Part shown: positions 1 through 12,721 of the stretch, one piece after another | Layout: each line of letters starts with the position of its first letter | Numbering within the stretch: position 1 is the first letter of the stretch | NCBI GenBank assembly: GCA_973895155.1 | Contig: OZ316894.1 | Location: 14,007,580-14,071,579 of the forward strand | DNA: 64,000 nucleotides | Origin: Marsupella aquatica | Taxonomy: Eukaryota; Plantae; Marchantiophyta | Reading direction: 5' to 3' | Notes under the pieces: generated by a model | What the model saw: the letters and a program-made list of their open reading frames with translations, nothing else | The model's database searches: none | What the model was told of the DNA's origin: nothing | Program-made: the position numbers and the translations under genes

Positions 1-812
1 TGCAAAAGACAAACAGTGAAAGAAAGGCATTGTGCCTTAAAGTAAGGAAAAAATTGGAATGAAAAGCAACAATCACCTCTCCCGGCTTAGAGTTTCCTTA
101 CAAATAGACGCTTCCTTTCACGCATAGTGTTGCGCGTCGGGATTTCAAAGTCACCCTCCTTAGTAAGTTATTCCTTTTGTTAAGGCTAAGGCCCCCTTAG
201 ACCCAATTGAGCCCTGCAATAGGGGCTCGGGCCCAGATTTCATCCCTTTGGCCTTATACCTGCCGATTCAAAGTTCCTGAAAGGAGGGAGCATTGATGAC
301 TCCCCCTTCGCTCCTTATAGCATTCACACCGGGTTAAATCAACACCACATTAAGGCTTCCCAGCCTTCTTGGGGCCCCGTATCCTGCCCGTCACTAATCC
401 CAATGCCGCTGCCCGCAAGCCCGCGCGTCCGTCAATCACCGTTCTGGCGCACTTGAAACATATTAGCCCCGATCGTCGACAGACAGAAAATTCCGTCCAT
501 TTCAAATTCCATGGCCTTTAGGGCGCGGGACACGCCTAGCCTCCAACGTCGCCCACTCCAGTGCCCATTTGCAAGTTCTTCCTACTTTCATTCAATTTTT
601 GGTCATCGTAGCAATCTTGCACTGTGGAGAGAGCGTTCTGCCTTGCACTTCTCTGTCTCCAAAGTCTTTGTCAGGTCATGGTGAGGAGTATAGCAGTCGA
701 TCCGCTTGCCTGTGGACCCACATTCTTCACGGTTCCGCATGTGGACACATCGTCAATGTTGGGGATCTTTTTTACTTTTCTAATCGTTTCTTGAGTGCCT
801 GCTGTGGTTTGA

Positions 813-1320
813 CGATCGTGCAGTTGGGAAGTGACGATTGGTGCAACCCTGCCCCTTGCAACGATAATGATGGTGTGTTTCTTATGCAATGCTGACTTGC
901 ATTTTGTGGCGTGGGGCATAAGGTCCCCTGTTTGAGCTTGCAACTTGCGCTATGCAATCGTCGTTCGCGCGTCATGAACCTAAACTCTAAACTCTCTATT
1001 TGTGTTACTATTCTAGGTTTGTGATATTAACTTCCTCAATTTGCCATAGAATTCAGCTCTTTTGGGTTTCGACAATTGTGCAGCTGGGAAGCAGAGATTG
1101 GCGCAACACTGCCCCTTGCAATGACAATGACTGTGTGTTTCTTTGAGATAACCGTCCCCATGCTCTTCTCAATTAGATTTTTGTGGCGGAAGCGGGGCCG
1201 GAAGGTCCCCCGCTGAGCTTGCAACTTGCGCCATGTTATCATCATTTTTCATAAAAGCTAAACTCTAAACTCTTTGTTTGTGTTACCGTTCTGGATTTAT
1301 GACAGTAAGTTGCTCATTCT
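813..1320 (+). repeat. Diverged direct duplication (~260-bp period) inside the MULE left arm
   Basis: gtgcag(t/c)tgggaag..ctgccccttgcaa..gagcttgcaacttgcgc..ctaaactctaaactct occurs twice (~813-1040 and ~1071-1320). Confidence 0.8.
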
Positions 1321-1360
1321 GTAGTGAGTGTGATCTCGACAATTTTATAGTGTTGTGACC

Positions 1361-4300
1361 ATGCCTCGGTCATTTTCAAGTCAGGCTAGGAAAAGCAAGT
1401 TGCCTGTCCCACCACCTGAAACATGGGCACAGTTTCTTGAGGCACAAGAGAATGTGCATTGGGTCTGGCAGAAAAACCCTTCCTTTCTCAGAACTTCAGG
1501 ATCTGGTTACGTTTGCAAGGTGATGACTGATGATAGTTGTACACATTTCATCCAAAGAACCCCCTTCCTGAATCACATGTGATCCTTACATCACATGAAC
1601 CCAGGAGAATGTAAGAAAGGTCGTCCAAAGACCTCAGCCCGACAAAGGTGTGTAACTTTATTTGCATTATATGTGACTGTTCTGCCATGACAGCATTTAT
1701 GTGATGTTTTGTGTCATCTTCACTGTTCTGGCATGCAAATGTTCAGGAATCCACCAAGTACAGCAATGATTGAACATAATAGAGAATCAACACTTGGGTC
1801 ATTTAGTGGACAGGTGTGGAAGCAAAAGAGGCAGAAGTTGACATGGTGGTTACGCTGGGCACATAATTTGAAGATCAACCATGAGGGGGATGAAATTGAA
1901 TGGATAGTTTAGAAGGCAATAGAAAGATACCAACACTGGAGGCGATCGGCTGCCTTCACGAGCACATTGTCTAGTGTTAGGGACAACACAGTGGCATTTT
2001 GGAATAAGCATAGTCCTGACATTGATCCCGAGGAGATGCGTGCTAAGGTTTGTTGCTTACCAAATTGCTCTGCCTCGTACATAAATAATTGTTTGTTTGT
2101 GTCTCTATTTTGCCATAACTTTCTTGTGATCTGAATTTTCAAATGATTGGATGTGTAAACATAGGCCTGTTTGCCGGAATGTGAACTCAAAGATTGGAGC
2201 AGCGATGATGGAATGCCTGAATGCAACTTGCAGCAAACCAATTTTCAAACTGAGAAGGATGTCTTCCACTCACAAAAGGTAATAGAAAAACCCATACAAA
2301 AGCCAAAAAAGAAACAAAACCAGAAGGCTAAGGGGAAGCCATCTCGTGAAATAGAAAACCCCTCAAAAAAGCCTACATCCAGGAGCAAGAAAAAAACAAT
2401 GCATGCAAAGGAGCAGCAGGCAGAAGTTCAACCTGATCGAGAAGAAAGAGCAAAAAGAAGGGAAGCTCGTAACAATGACAAACCCACCCAAAGGGAAGCA
2501 ACAAAAGAAGATGGTTGTTACTGAGGTACAATTTCACAAGCTTTCTCTTTTGACAATTTGTACTTGTTTGTTTTTATTGTTCTTCTGGTTTGCAAACTTT
2601 CTCTTTTGAAAATTCATACTTGTTTGTTTTTATTGCTGTTCTGGTTTGCAAGACTATTCATACTTGTTTGTTTCTATTGTTGTTCTGGTTCGCAAGCTTC
2701 CTCTTCCGACAATTCATACTTGTTTGTTTCTATTGCTGTTTTGGTTCGCAAGCTTTCCCTTCCAACAATTCATACTTGTTTGTTTTTATTGTTGTTCTGG
2801 TCGGTAGGAAGTGGCGGACAAGGAAGTCTTGGAAGCTGTGGAAGAAGACCCCGACACTATCAGCCATGGAATAGAGCCTTCACATGAAGATAGTCATGAA
2901 GGAGAGAAACACTCAGGTACTGGTGATGAAGAAGAACAAGAAGTCCTGCAGGAAAGAATATGCCAAAAATCAAGCCAACAATGAAGAATCCGCCTTTGAA
3001 CATGAAGGCAACGAAGCAAGAGACCAAGGCACTGAATCAGGCTCCAAACAAGCCATTGAACAAGCACACTACATTGAAAATGAAACTAGATTCCCAGATG
3101 ATCAAGAATCCTACGAAAATGAAGGTGGAGGCACAAAAGAGCAAGAACCAGACGGAGGCAGTGAAACCTCTGGAGTACACACTAGTACAGAGCATTCAGA
3201 GGATATTGAAAACACAAAAGCCACAAATGTGTCGTCTACTACTAAGGTATGGGCACTTGCTAGCACTGTACAATTTATTTCAATTCTGTTTGGTAACACT
3301 CTTTATTTCAATTCAATTTCTTATGTGTAGTAAGCTGGTTATGTGTAGTTCAGTGTGCTAACACCCTAAGTTAATTGCAGTTCAGTCGCTTTGACTTGTA
3401 ATATCATTGAAATTTAGGGACATTGTGAGTTTTAATTTTGTTTGCTCCTGTTCATACACATGATAGGCAATTTTGACTCTTTATGGATTATTGTTATGTG
3501 TTGCAGGGTACTCATTCCGTAGAGAAAAAAGGGCTCAAGAAGAAGCCAACAACCAGGAAAAAGATTTCAAGGACAAAAATCCCAGAGAAGTTCAAGGTTC
3601 TTGCCACTATTGGAGGTAAGATAAGAGGACTTCAGGGAGGACTGATGGTCGTCTCACTTTTACTTACTACATTTTGTGTGGATTTGTGGAATGAATTCAA
3701 CTTACTATTGTTCTCGTCAGTGTTCTGGTAGGATTGCTCCCGACCATCACACTGCCAAGTTCCGATGAGTCATGGGGTATGATCAGGTGGAAGGCTGAAT
3801 TAGGCCTCCTACTAACCCATGCAGCAGAAAATTTACTGCGTGTTGTCCCTGCTTTGCCCAATTCTGTAGTTGGTCTTGATGGGCAGGTCATCCCCTTCAT
3901 TGAAAGCTACAATATATCAGCCAATGCAAAAATGGCAAGCAAGTCTGGCTACCACTACACGCAAAGAGGCGGAAGTCCTACACACAACTCCAAGTTTTCC
4001 TATGGGTTTACCACACAAGGTAATAGTGCCTTGCCAACCATTCTCTCCCTCTGAATATAGGTATGATGTAGGCAAGAGGACTTTGCTAATTACACTTTCT
4101 GTTATGCTCTGCAGGAAGATAGTGGTACCTTTTCCAGAAATTGACAATGCTCATCCATAGCCACCATCTCTATATTGCTGGGTTGGACCAGATGGCATCC
4201 CCATTGCCCCTCGCCATTGGGACTTGTTAACAACCACCACAATTCAGCTTAGAGCCCTTCAGCTTCACTCAGACAAGAATGTCACAGTTGAGGACATTGG

Positions 4301-4430
4301 ACCCATGACTGACTGCCAAAAATTCCCACCCCTGGGATTGGATTCTTTGCCTGTTCAGGCAGGGAAGTATAGAGCCCACTAGACATAGACATCAATGGAA
4401 ATGTCATGGTTGAACCATGTCCAATGTAAC
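1361..4430 (+). pseudogene. Accessory multi-exon gene of the MULE, convergent with the transposase; C2H2-like finger, K-rich and E-rich segments; in-frame stops
   Basis: ORFs 1355-1582 (YVCKVMTDDSC..F....LNHM*SLHH), 2171-2524, 2884-3330 and 3734-4160 are joinable by GT-AG introns (e.g. 2526-2807). Several premature stops. Confidence 0.5.
2536..2800 (+). repeat. Intronic tandem repeat, ~55-bp unit, about 5 copies
   Basis: Repeated attcatacttgtttgttt(t/c)tattg(c/t)tgttctggtt(t/c)gcaa inside GT..AG intron 2526-2807. Confidence 0.85.
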
Positions 4431-4629
4431 TATATATGCCTGCCTCTTGGCAACTATCTATATAATAGCAAATGAAGTTATTTACACATCAAAAGAAACC
4501 AAATAGTGTGAAAGCACTCTGCTCTTTGTACATTCACTCTCCAGCTTGCAATGAATTGCCGTGATACATCGCCAAATTTGTGTGACTATTCTGCCAATTG
4601 TTCTTTTGCACCGCTACATTTTATACATT

Positions 4630-4985
4630 TGTGTGCTGTTCTGGCAGCCCTGCAATTGTCCACATATAAGGGCTGCCATCTTCATGTGACTGTTCTGGCA
4701 GCCTCGTGTTTGCCTAGCTACAAGGGTTTTTGTGTTCGTGTGACTGTTCTGGCAGCCCTGCGATTGCCCAGATATAAGGGCTGCCATCTTCATGTGACTG
4801 GTCTGGCAGCCTCGTGTTTGCCTAGCTACAAGGGTTTTTGTGTTCGTGTGACTGTTTTGGCAGCCCTGTGATTGCCCAAATATAAGGGCTGCCATCTTCA
4901 TGTGACTATTCTGGCAACCCCATGTTTGCGCAAGTATAAGGGTACTGTTGCACTTGCTTTAGTGTCCTGGCAGCCCCGCGTTTGT
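4630..4985 (+). repeat. 54-bp tandem array with alternating A/B units (108-bp higher-order period)
   Basis: tgtgact..tctggcagcc at 4685, 4739, 4793, 4847 and 4901, with alternating tails. Confidence 0.9.
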
Positions 4986-5255
4986 GACCTATGATTGTTT
5001 CTCATGTTTGTGTGATTGTTCTGGCATATGAGAATTCTTTGCAAACTTTGACAGTCATTATCCTCCTCACATTCAACTAATGAGAAATACACTTGCATTT
5101 ATGTGACTATTCTAATGTCCACTCATTTGCACACACAAGATGTGAAGTATGCCTAAGATCGATGAGTTAGTCAATAGCTAGGTAACTTATAGTTACTTTT
5201 AAAAGGGTCTTAATAAGCACTGTTGTGTGTAGTCACTGAGCACCAAATTTCATTA

Positions 5256-8200
5256 TCATGAAGCCTCCTCGTGAAGGGATACATTGAGGTCAATATTGGT
5301 GTTTATGTCTACATCCCTAGCACCACCTCCAAGGTGCATGACACGAGCAGGAAGTGGTGGAGTGAACTGATTTGCTGTCCTACGTCGCCGCCTACCGTCC
5401 TTAAATTCCTTGCCTAACCTACTCAGATGCTGCCTGATAGATTCCCGAACCACTTTGCGCTTGGATGGTAGTTTACATGGTGTTGTGCCATCCTCCTCCT
5501 GCCATTCAAGAAAGTTGCTAAGTTACCGCTCTTCAATTATTTGGTTTTTCATACAGGATAGAACAGAAATTGGAACAAACAAAAAAATATAGAACTTACC
5601 ATATTAGTAATTATTTGAGACGCAGCTGCTTGTTCTCTTGTTTGTGTTGTCCTCAAAGCCATAGTCCTCCTTCCTCTCTTCCCGCCGTGGTAAATGTCCA
5701 CAACACCTAGACGTCGCTTGGATGTAAGACCCATAGGCCTGATAAAAGCATCCATAGGACCTATATTGTCTTTCACTGAGAGGTGTTTAGTTTGTTCTTG
5801 GCTCTTCACTTTGTTCAAAGTAAGTTGTGTTGCCAGGAATACTTGCTCTATTAGACGGGCATCCCCTTCCACAATGAGCAAAATCTCGTCAAACATCTGT
5901 TGCACAGATTGTCTGAGGGACCGCTCTGGGTTCTTTTTAGGCAGAACAGAAACATGAAGGCTAGATTCCATTGTTTCACAAACCGCATGAGGCTCGACTT
6001 GGCCTTCTACTTCTACATGTTCAGGTGGTGTCAGGATGTTCTCATCCGCATTCAAATGTGAGATGCCACCCATGAGGCTACCAAACCTGGTACCTAGTTT
6101 TTGAACCAAGACAACACCTTGACAACCTCTCACTAGCAATGCCTTCAATTGGTGCTTGCACATGTTCCCTTCATCAGCCCACTTACAACAGCATGAAGGA
6201 AAGTTTGAATATATATTGTGCACAATATACTCTCTCCCATGAGGTTTTAAAATTTTCACAATTGCCTGATTGGGCAATGTTGGATCAGGAAAACAGACCT
6301 GATGGTCTTTCATTCGATGCTCTGCCTTGTGGAGACTATTCAAGACTATTTCCTCTTTCTTGTAGTTGATGACTCTTCCCCTTGCTTTGCACCAAATTTT
6401 GTACCAAAAGAATGGAAGCATCACTTGAAAAAGTGCATTCACAATCCGATCAAGGCGACGTGCTCCAATGGCCCCTATTACTCTCCTTATCATCTTTTTC
6501 AAAGTGCAATGCCAAGCTTCAATTGCACCATTTGTATTCTGGTTGGCACGGGGCATTGATCAAACAGCCCTCATCCACTTTGCTGGAATATAAGACATGC
6601 CACAACATTTAGTACCAGAGATCCAGGCGGAGTTATGAAGTATTCCACAACTACAAAGACACAGGATATTATGCAATATAGAACAGCTACAAAGGCACAC
6701 AAACTTGTGCAGTAAAGAACAACTACAAAAACATTGCAAAAATAAAATACATGGCAAGATATAAATACAATACAAAAACCTTAGACCAAATGGACATGTT
6801 GACAACAAAGAATTTACTAAAATGGCCAGGCATACCCCAAATAGCAAACCACATACCTGTTCTGTACATCCAAGTGTCCTCAAAATACTGCAGAAATAGC
6901 TTTTCAAAGTTGTATTTAATTTTGAAGGCATGCCACAAGGCTTGCATGTCTTCCTCAGTCTCAGCATACATTAAATCTCCAAGATCATCATTCATGTTTA
7001 GGAGCTTGGCTCTATTGGGAACCTTCTTGATCAGATTCTCCTTCCAAGCCCTGTATGGAAGTACCTGTGAGTGAAACGGGTAGAACAGTAACTGAAAGAC
7101 TCTATAAGTGATGATGATAACTAAACATGAGAATGGTGGTATGTGGTTTCAAACATACCTTCTGACATGCCAACTATAGAAGTATATTGGGATGTTAGGA
7201 AACACTGCTTGTAAGGCACTAACTTTAGCCTGAGCGCAGTCGATGATGAAACAACTTGGACTCCAATCAGGTTTGGTCAACAAGGCTCTATCTTTCACAG
7301 CTTGTAAAAACGACCCAATATGTTCTGCTGACTCTGATTGTTGTATACACCACGCTATGGGTAGTCCCATTTGGTGTTCACCAAATGCAACAAGAGTAAA
7401 GAAAGGAAACTGCCATCATAACAAATGTAATTAAGGTTACATGCTAGAACAGTAATGTCAGTCAATACAGAAATAAACCAAAAATCAATCTATTCATTAA
7501 AAGTGAATTATTATTCAATTTATGAACATTTGGGCAATAGAAAGTGTACATTTGGCCTTCAAAAAGTGTACAATTGGGCAAGAAATTAAGTTGATGGCCA
7601 TCAAATATACCACCATGTTCATCCTTTGTAAATGAACTAGGATGAGACTCCTTATAGTCAAGATCATTTTTGCCCCCTCAAGTTTACAATTGATCATTTA
7701 GGTGTAGAGTATTGTACCTTAGTGTACCTTTTGGGTTTAAAAAGTGTACATTTAGAGACCAAAAAGTGAATCTTTAGAGGCCTAAAAGTGAACAAAATAA
7801 AATACACTTTTAATGAATAGTGTGATAAAACAGTAATGTCATTCAACACAGAAATCAACCAGAACGGTAATTCAAACACACGATAACATCACAAAAATGA
7901 ATAAAACATAATGTAGGAAAGGGACCAAGAGAACTGACCCCATATTTGTTTATTGCAAATGTGGAGTCCAGAGCCAAGACCGACCCATGAGACAACTTTG
8001 TCATTTGAGCAAGCTGCCAAGGTGATTGGAGTCCAAGCATGAACTCCTGCTCTGGAGGTCCCTCCAAGTACTCATGGGAAAGAAAAACTCTTTCAAGGTA
8101 AAGGCATTTCCATTTCCGCATTGAGGCTTGGTCATTGTCATCCCATAACCACAACTCTTTGTCAATTTTCCTCTTCAGGTTTCGCAGGTCCTGTTTTGAC

Positions 8201-9125
8201 AAAAGGTCGTCTCTACCGTCAAAGCTTAGTGTGACTTCCATGTCAGTGACATTATGGCCATGATCATCACCATCCCTCTCAAATTGTGACTGGCAGTGTA
8301 GGTCATATATGTCAAGGACAGACCACTTTGCCCTCAACAAGTCTTCTAGGTGTTTTTGCAACTCGTTGGTCAGCCATGGAGCAACACTACACTTTGGCCC
8401 CCATGTTGGCGGCCCCATTTCATGCTCCCAAGAACCATGCACTATGTCGCCTCTGAGGTTGCAATGGATTCTGCAACCAGAATAGTAATAACCACACACA
8501 GTTTCAGTGATGTTTGATGACAGAACAGTAACAACATCACATAGTTTCAGTGAAGTTTGATGCCAGAACACACACTATATCACAAATAACTTACTGTGAT
8601 GTGAAGAGTACATGGTGGCAGAACAATAAGGAAAAATCAAACTGGAATGCAAGAATAGAGTCATAGAAGTTCATTCTGAGTCAAAAGGTAGTTTGTACCT
8701 ATTACTATAGGTGATTTGACCAGCGCCAGGGATCATCTTGAATCTCTTTGCAATGAAGTGGCATTGACAATTCCTTTTTGCGTGATTGTTGAAGTTCTTT
8801 TTGCATAGACGTGGCCTGCTCCCAATTCCTGAATTTGGATGTGTTCCTTGGAGAGGAGGAACACATAGATTGACGTTGTCTTCTTGCGGGCCATAAGAAC
8901 ACCAAATATCTTATACTCTACCCAATCTGTGTTCTCAGAATCTGATTTCTTTGAAGTCCTAATGTAAAAAGATGTCTCAAATTTAGGATCTCTTTTGCCC
9001 TCCCCATCCCTAAAGTCTGTCAGGCGTTCCCAAGGAATGACAGCTTGATTAAGAGTCCAAACAAGTGACAATGCGGAGAACTTCCCAAGAGGTGGGTCCT
9101 GAATCACACCCCTTGTCATGTCCAT
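5256..9125 (-). pseudogene. MULE-type DDE transposase with SWIM zinc finger (plant At1g60560/At4g13970-like family), multi-exon, frameshifted
   Basis: Exonic ORF pieces: QDPPLGKFSALSLVW..IPWERLTDF; WCSYGPQED (other frame); DDLLSKQDLRN..FMLGLQSPWQLAQM..LALDSTF; LPIAW..PDWSPSCFIIDCAQ..WHVRR; NTNGAIEAWHCTLK..RRLD; SWIM CCCKW....MCKH. Frameshift near 8.9 kb; start and exon limits approximate. Confidence 0.8.
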
Positions 9126-9909
9126 TGCAACTAGGGTACGTCACATCCAATAACTGTGTGGGACTGGTAGAACGACTACACAAACACCATTGTTCTAACA
9201 TGTTTACATGGAAAGAGATGACGGAGGCAATCTGTCCCATGATCAATGCTCCTCAATAGTGATAGGGTCCACACATGCAAAAAGTGCACTGCAACGTTGC
9301 CAGTAACCTGATCTTGATCTTCTCTTGCTTGGGGCAGAGGCGCCAGGTACAGAACGCTGAACACTACTAAGGTGCTTAGTGAAACAAATTAGAACCTAAT
9401 ACGGATCGACATTGTTAACATAATCCGTGGTGAAGAAAAAGTAAAAACAGATATGCATAGTGGAAAAACACAATCTTAACTGAAAAGGCCAAATCGCATT
9501 TATTAGCGCGCGTGGGAGACAAGAAACAAGAGCTCAAGACTCTACAAACTTCGGGCAGAACGCTCGCGCGCTAGAAAATGGGATGACAACAGAACGCACA
9601 ACGCTGCACATCGAGTATTTCCAGCAGCGGGACCACAATGATAACAACTGAGAATGAGCACATGTGACAAAAACAGAGGGGGCCTGGAGGCCGGGTAAGC
9701 GTGTCCCGCGCCCTAAAGGCCGTGAAATTTGAAATGGACGGAAATTTTCTGTCCGTCGACGATTGGGGCTAATACGTTTCAAGTGCGCCAGAATGGTGAT
9801 TGACAGACGCGCGAGCTTGCGGACAACGGCATTGGGATTAGTGACGGGCAGGGTACGGGGCCCCAAGAAGGCTGGGGAGCCTTAATGCGGTGTTGATTTA
9901 ACCCGGTGT

Positions 9910-11639
9910 CATTTTTGTGTCGCACTTCAGTTAGGCCAGCCCCATTTTTGGGTCCCGGTTCAGTTTTGAGGAGGGCACATATTTTTGAGGAGTTTATAAT
10001 GCTTGACGCTTTTAACTTATTCAAAAATAATGTAAACTATAATATCAATTTTAAAAGTATCAATATATTTTTTAATAAAAAATAAAAAATAGTTATCAAG
10101 GGTTAAATGGTAATGAGCATGGAGAATTGATGCACAAAAGTAGTGTGTGACCTAGTGGTATTGGAGCTCAGTTGAGACTACAAGGTGGCGTGTTCAAGGC
10201 ACACGATGGGCATCTTTTCTTTTCTTTTCTTTAATTGAGGGCATGGAAAGTCATGAACGTTAGAGGGGGCGAGGGTGTCTAATTGTATTTGAAAATGGAA
10301 ATGGTAAATGAGATAGATATGGGGGGTTCAACTAATTTGGAGATAGAAAAAATAACAAAGGATACACCCATCAGAGCCAGGGATAAAAATTAAAATAATG
10401 TCCAAAAAAATTGGACTTGGGGACATGAAATGAGGATGCTCCATATAGGAGCAGCAGAAAATTTGAGGAGACACGATCACATAATAAAACCATTTATCTC
10501 CTAAACCATTCATGGTAAGCACACATCTTATTGTATAAGAAGCAAAACTTTATTCATGAAATTTGTTTTCAAATCAAAAAAGATATGATAGGATGCTAGG
10601 CATGCCAATGGCAGTCTACCACCTTACAATTGATCACTCAATCACATATCTTTTCTACATACAAGGTTGGAAATAGTCTAAGTTGGCTACCCTGGAAAAC
10701 AACAGAGTCTACCAGAGGTGCTGTGCTTGACACATTTGTCAAGACACTCAAAGAATTAGGACCCATGCTTGTACCAATTCCTTGCAAACTTTCAGAACCC
10801 TGTCAATTGGAGCACACTTCCCAATCCTGGCCCTGTTGTCTTCCCTACCACATACTTTTGGACCTGCTTCATAGGGGCCTTCTGCTGGGTTGGTTTTTGT
10901 GCCCTTTTCATAGGGGCTTTCTTTTGTCTTACTGGTTTCTCAGCTTGTTGCACAAGGCATTTCTTCTCCTGTCTCTGCTCAACACGTACCACCTCTAATA
11001 TTGTTGTCTTTTGACTACTAACCTCTTTTGTTGGCTTCTTGTACTAACCTCTTTTGTTGGATTCTTCCTAAAACTGAAAGCAGCTACCCACCAAGGAACA
11101 TGATTGGCACCAGTCCTCACAACAATGGGCAGGTACAAGAAACTAACAAAAGAGGTTAATTTATCTCCCTGGCTCTGATGGATGTTTAGTTTGTTATTTT
11201 TTCTATCTCCACATTACTTGAACCCCCATATATATTTCATTTACCATTTCCATTTCAAATACAATTAGATAACCTGCCCTTTCTAAGGTTCATTCCTTTC
11301 CATGCCCTCAATCAAAGAAAAGAAAAGTTGCCCGTCGTGTGCCTTGAACATGCCACCTCATAGTCTCAACTGAGCTCCAATACCACTACATTACTTCTGT
11401 GCATCAATTCTCCATGCTCATTACCATTTAATCGTTTATAATTATTTTATATTTAATATTAAAAAATATATTGATATTTGTAAAATTGATATTATAGTTT
11501 TACATTATTTTTGAATAAGTTATAAGCGTCAAACATTAGAACTCAAAAATCTGTGCCCTCCTCAAAACTGAACCGGGACCCAAAAATGGGGCTGGCCTGA
11601 AACTGAAGCGAGACACAAAAATGGAGAGAGCATTCCGGT
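9910..11639. mobile_element. Foldback/MULE-like non-autonomous element with ~480-bp inverted arms
   Basis: 9910-~10393 is the reverse complement of ~11156-11623. The right end reads ...agcattccggt (ACCG-type terminus); the left arm lacks the outer ~16 bp. Confidence 0.8.
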
Positions 11640-11880
11640 GGGCTGTGGGGGAGAATCGAGGTGCATTGAATGACAATGCAGGGACTTGTCTCCCTGAATC
11701 CCCTAAGTGTATTGGGCCTCGCTCCCCCTCCTTAGTACTTGAATGTACCATGCAGGTACAGTCATACCTGCTAAAGGCCCGTCCTTCTTAATGCACCATA
11801 GGGCCTCATGCCCCTGTCAATGGCTCAAGCCCTGCATAGGGCCTTGTGCATGACTTAATGTAACCAAGCCAGGGGCTAGA

Positions 11881-12713
11881 ACCGCGCGTTAAATCTACAC
11901 CACGTCAATGCTCCCGGATCGTCTTGAGGCCCCGTACACTGCCCGTCCCAGTTCCCAATGTTGTTGCCCGCTCTTGCGCGAGTTTTCCAGAACATAAACT
12001 AAGACTCTTTCATTTTGTCACCCGCTCCGGCCCGATTAATATTGTGCCATCAACTTTAGGTTTATGTTTTGGCACCCTTCACTTTTTGTCACTCGCTCCG
12101 GCCTGATCAACTTTGCACCATCAACTTCTTCCTTGTGAAGTTGTGGTTTATGTTTTGGCAACATTTTTGTCCAACAAAGTCATGCCCTGGCTAGGGAGTC
12201 ATGCTTGCTTTGTAAGAGAGTCTAAGTGTTCAAGTACAACCTAGTACTTTGGTTAAGAATCATGATTGATAGAGTCTTGGTTGTTCTGCCAAATGCCTCT
12301 TTTCTATGGAGTTGTGGTTCATGTTTTGGCAACACTTCTTTCCAATGGAGTCATCTTTGTTTCATAATAGAGTGTAAGTGTTCAGGCAAAGCCTGGTACT
12401 TTGGATGAGAGTCATGATAAATGATAGAGTATTGGTTTATGTTGTGGCAAACTTGGGCCGGAGTAGGCAACGGCAATGGGGACTTGGGCTGGAGCGGGCA
12501 AAAGCAAGATAGTGAAGGGTGCCAGAACATAAACTGAAAGTTGACAGCACAAAGTTGATCGAGCCGGGGCATGTGACAATATGGTAGAATTTTGGTTTAT
12601 GTTCTGGAAAACTCGGGCTGGAGCGGGCAGCAACATTGGGGACTAGGATGGGCAGTGTACGGGGTCCCAAGAAGATCAGGGAGCATGAACGCGGTGTAGA
12701 CTTAACTCGCGGT
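11881..12713. mobile_element. MITE related to the MULE TIR family, 8-bp TSD GGGCTAGA
   Basis: TIRs accgcgcgttaaatctacacc.. / ..ggtgtagacttaactcgcggt. gggctaga at 11873-11880 and 12714-12721. TIRs resemble those of 328-9907. Confidence 0.9.
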
Positions 12714-12721
12714 GGGCTAGA

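Larger units (their letters stand above)
328..9907. mobile_element. Mutator-like (MULE/SWIM) DNA transposon with ~210-bp terminal inverted repeats
   Basis: 328-~540 (accgggttaaatcaacacc...cgcgggacacgc) is the reverse complement of ~9695-9907 (...ggtgttgatttaacccggt). It encloses a DDE/SWIM transposase gene (-) and a second gene (+). No TSD recognised. Confidence 0.85.

Noticed and set aside
4630-4985. CRISPR-like regular repeats and repetitive ORFs 4551-4871 / 4614-4901
   Set aside because: The intervening sequences recur rather than being unique spacers, there are no cas genes, and the context is eukaryotic. The ORFs arise from a 54-bp unit divisible by 3.
10769-11014. Lys/Gln-rich histone-H1-like ORF in the foldback core
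   Set aside because: Short repeats with stops on both sides and no globular domain.
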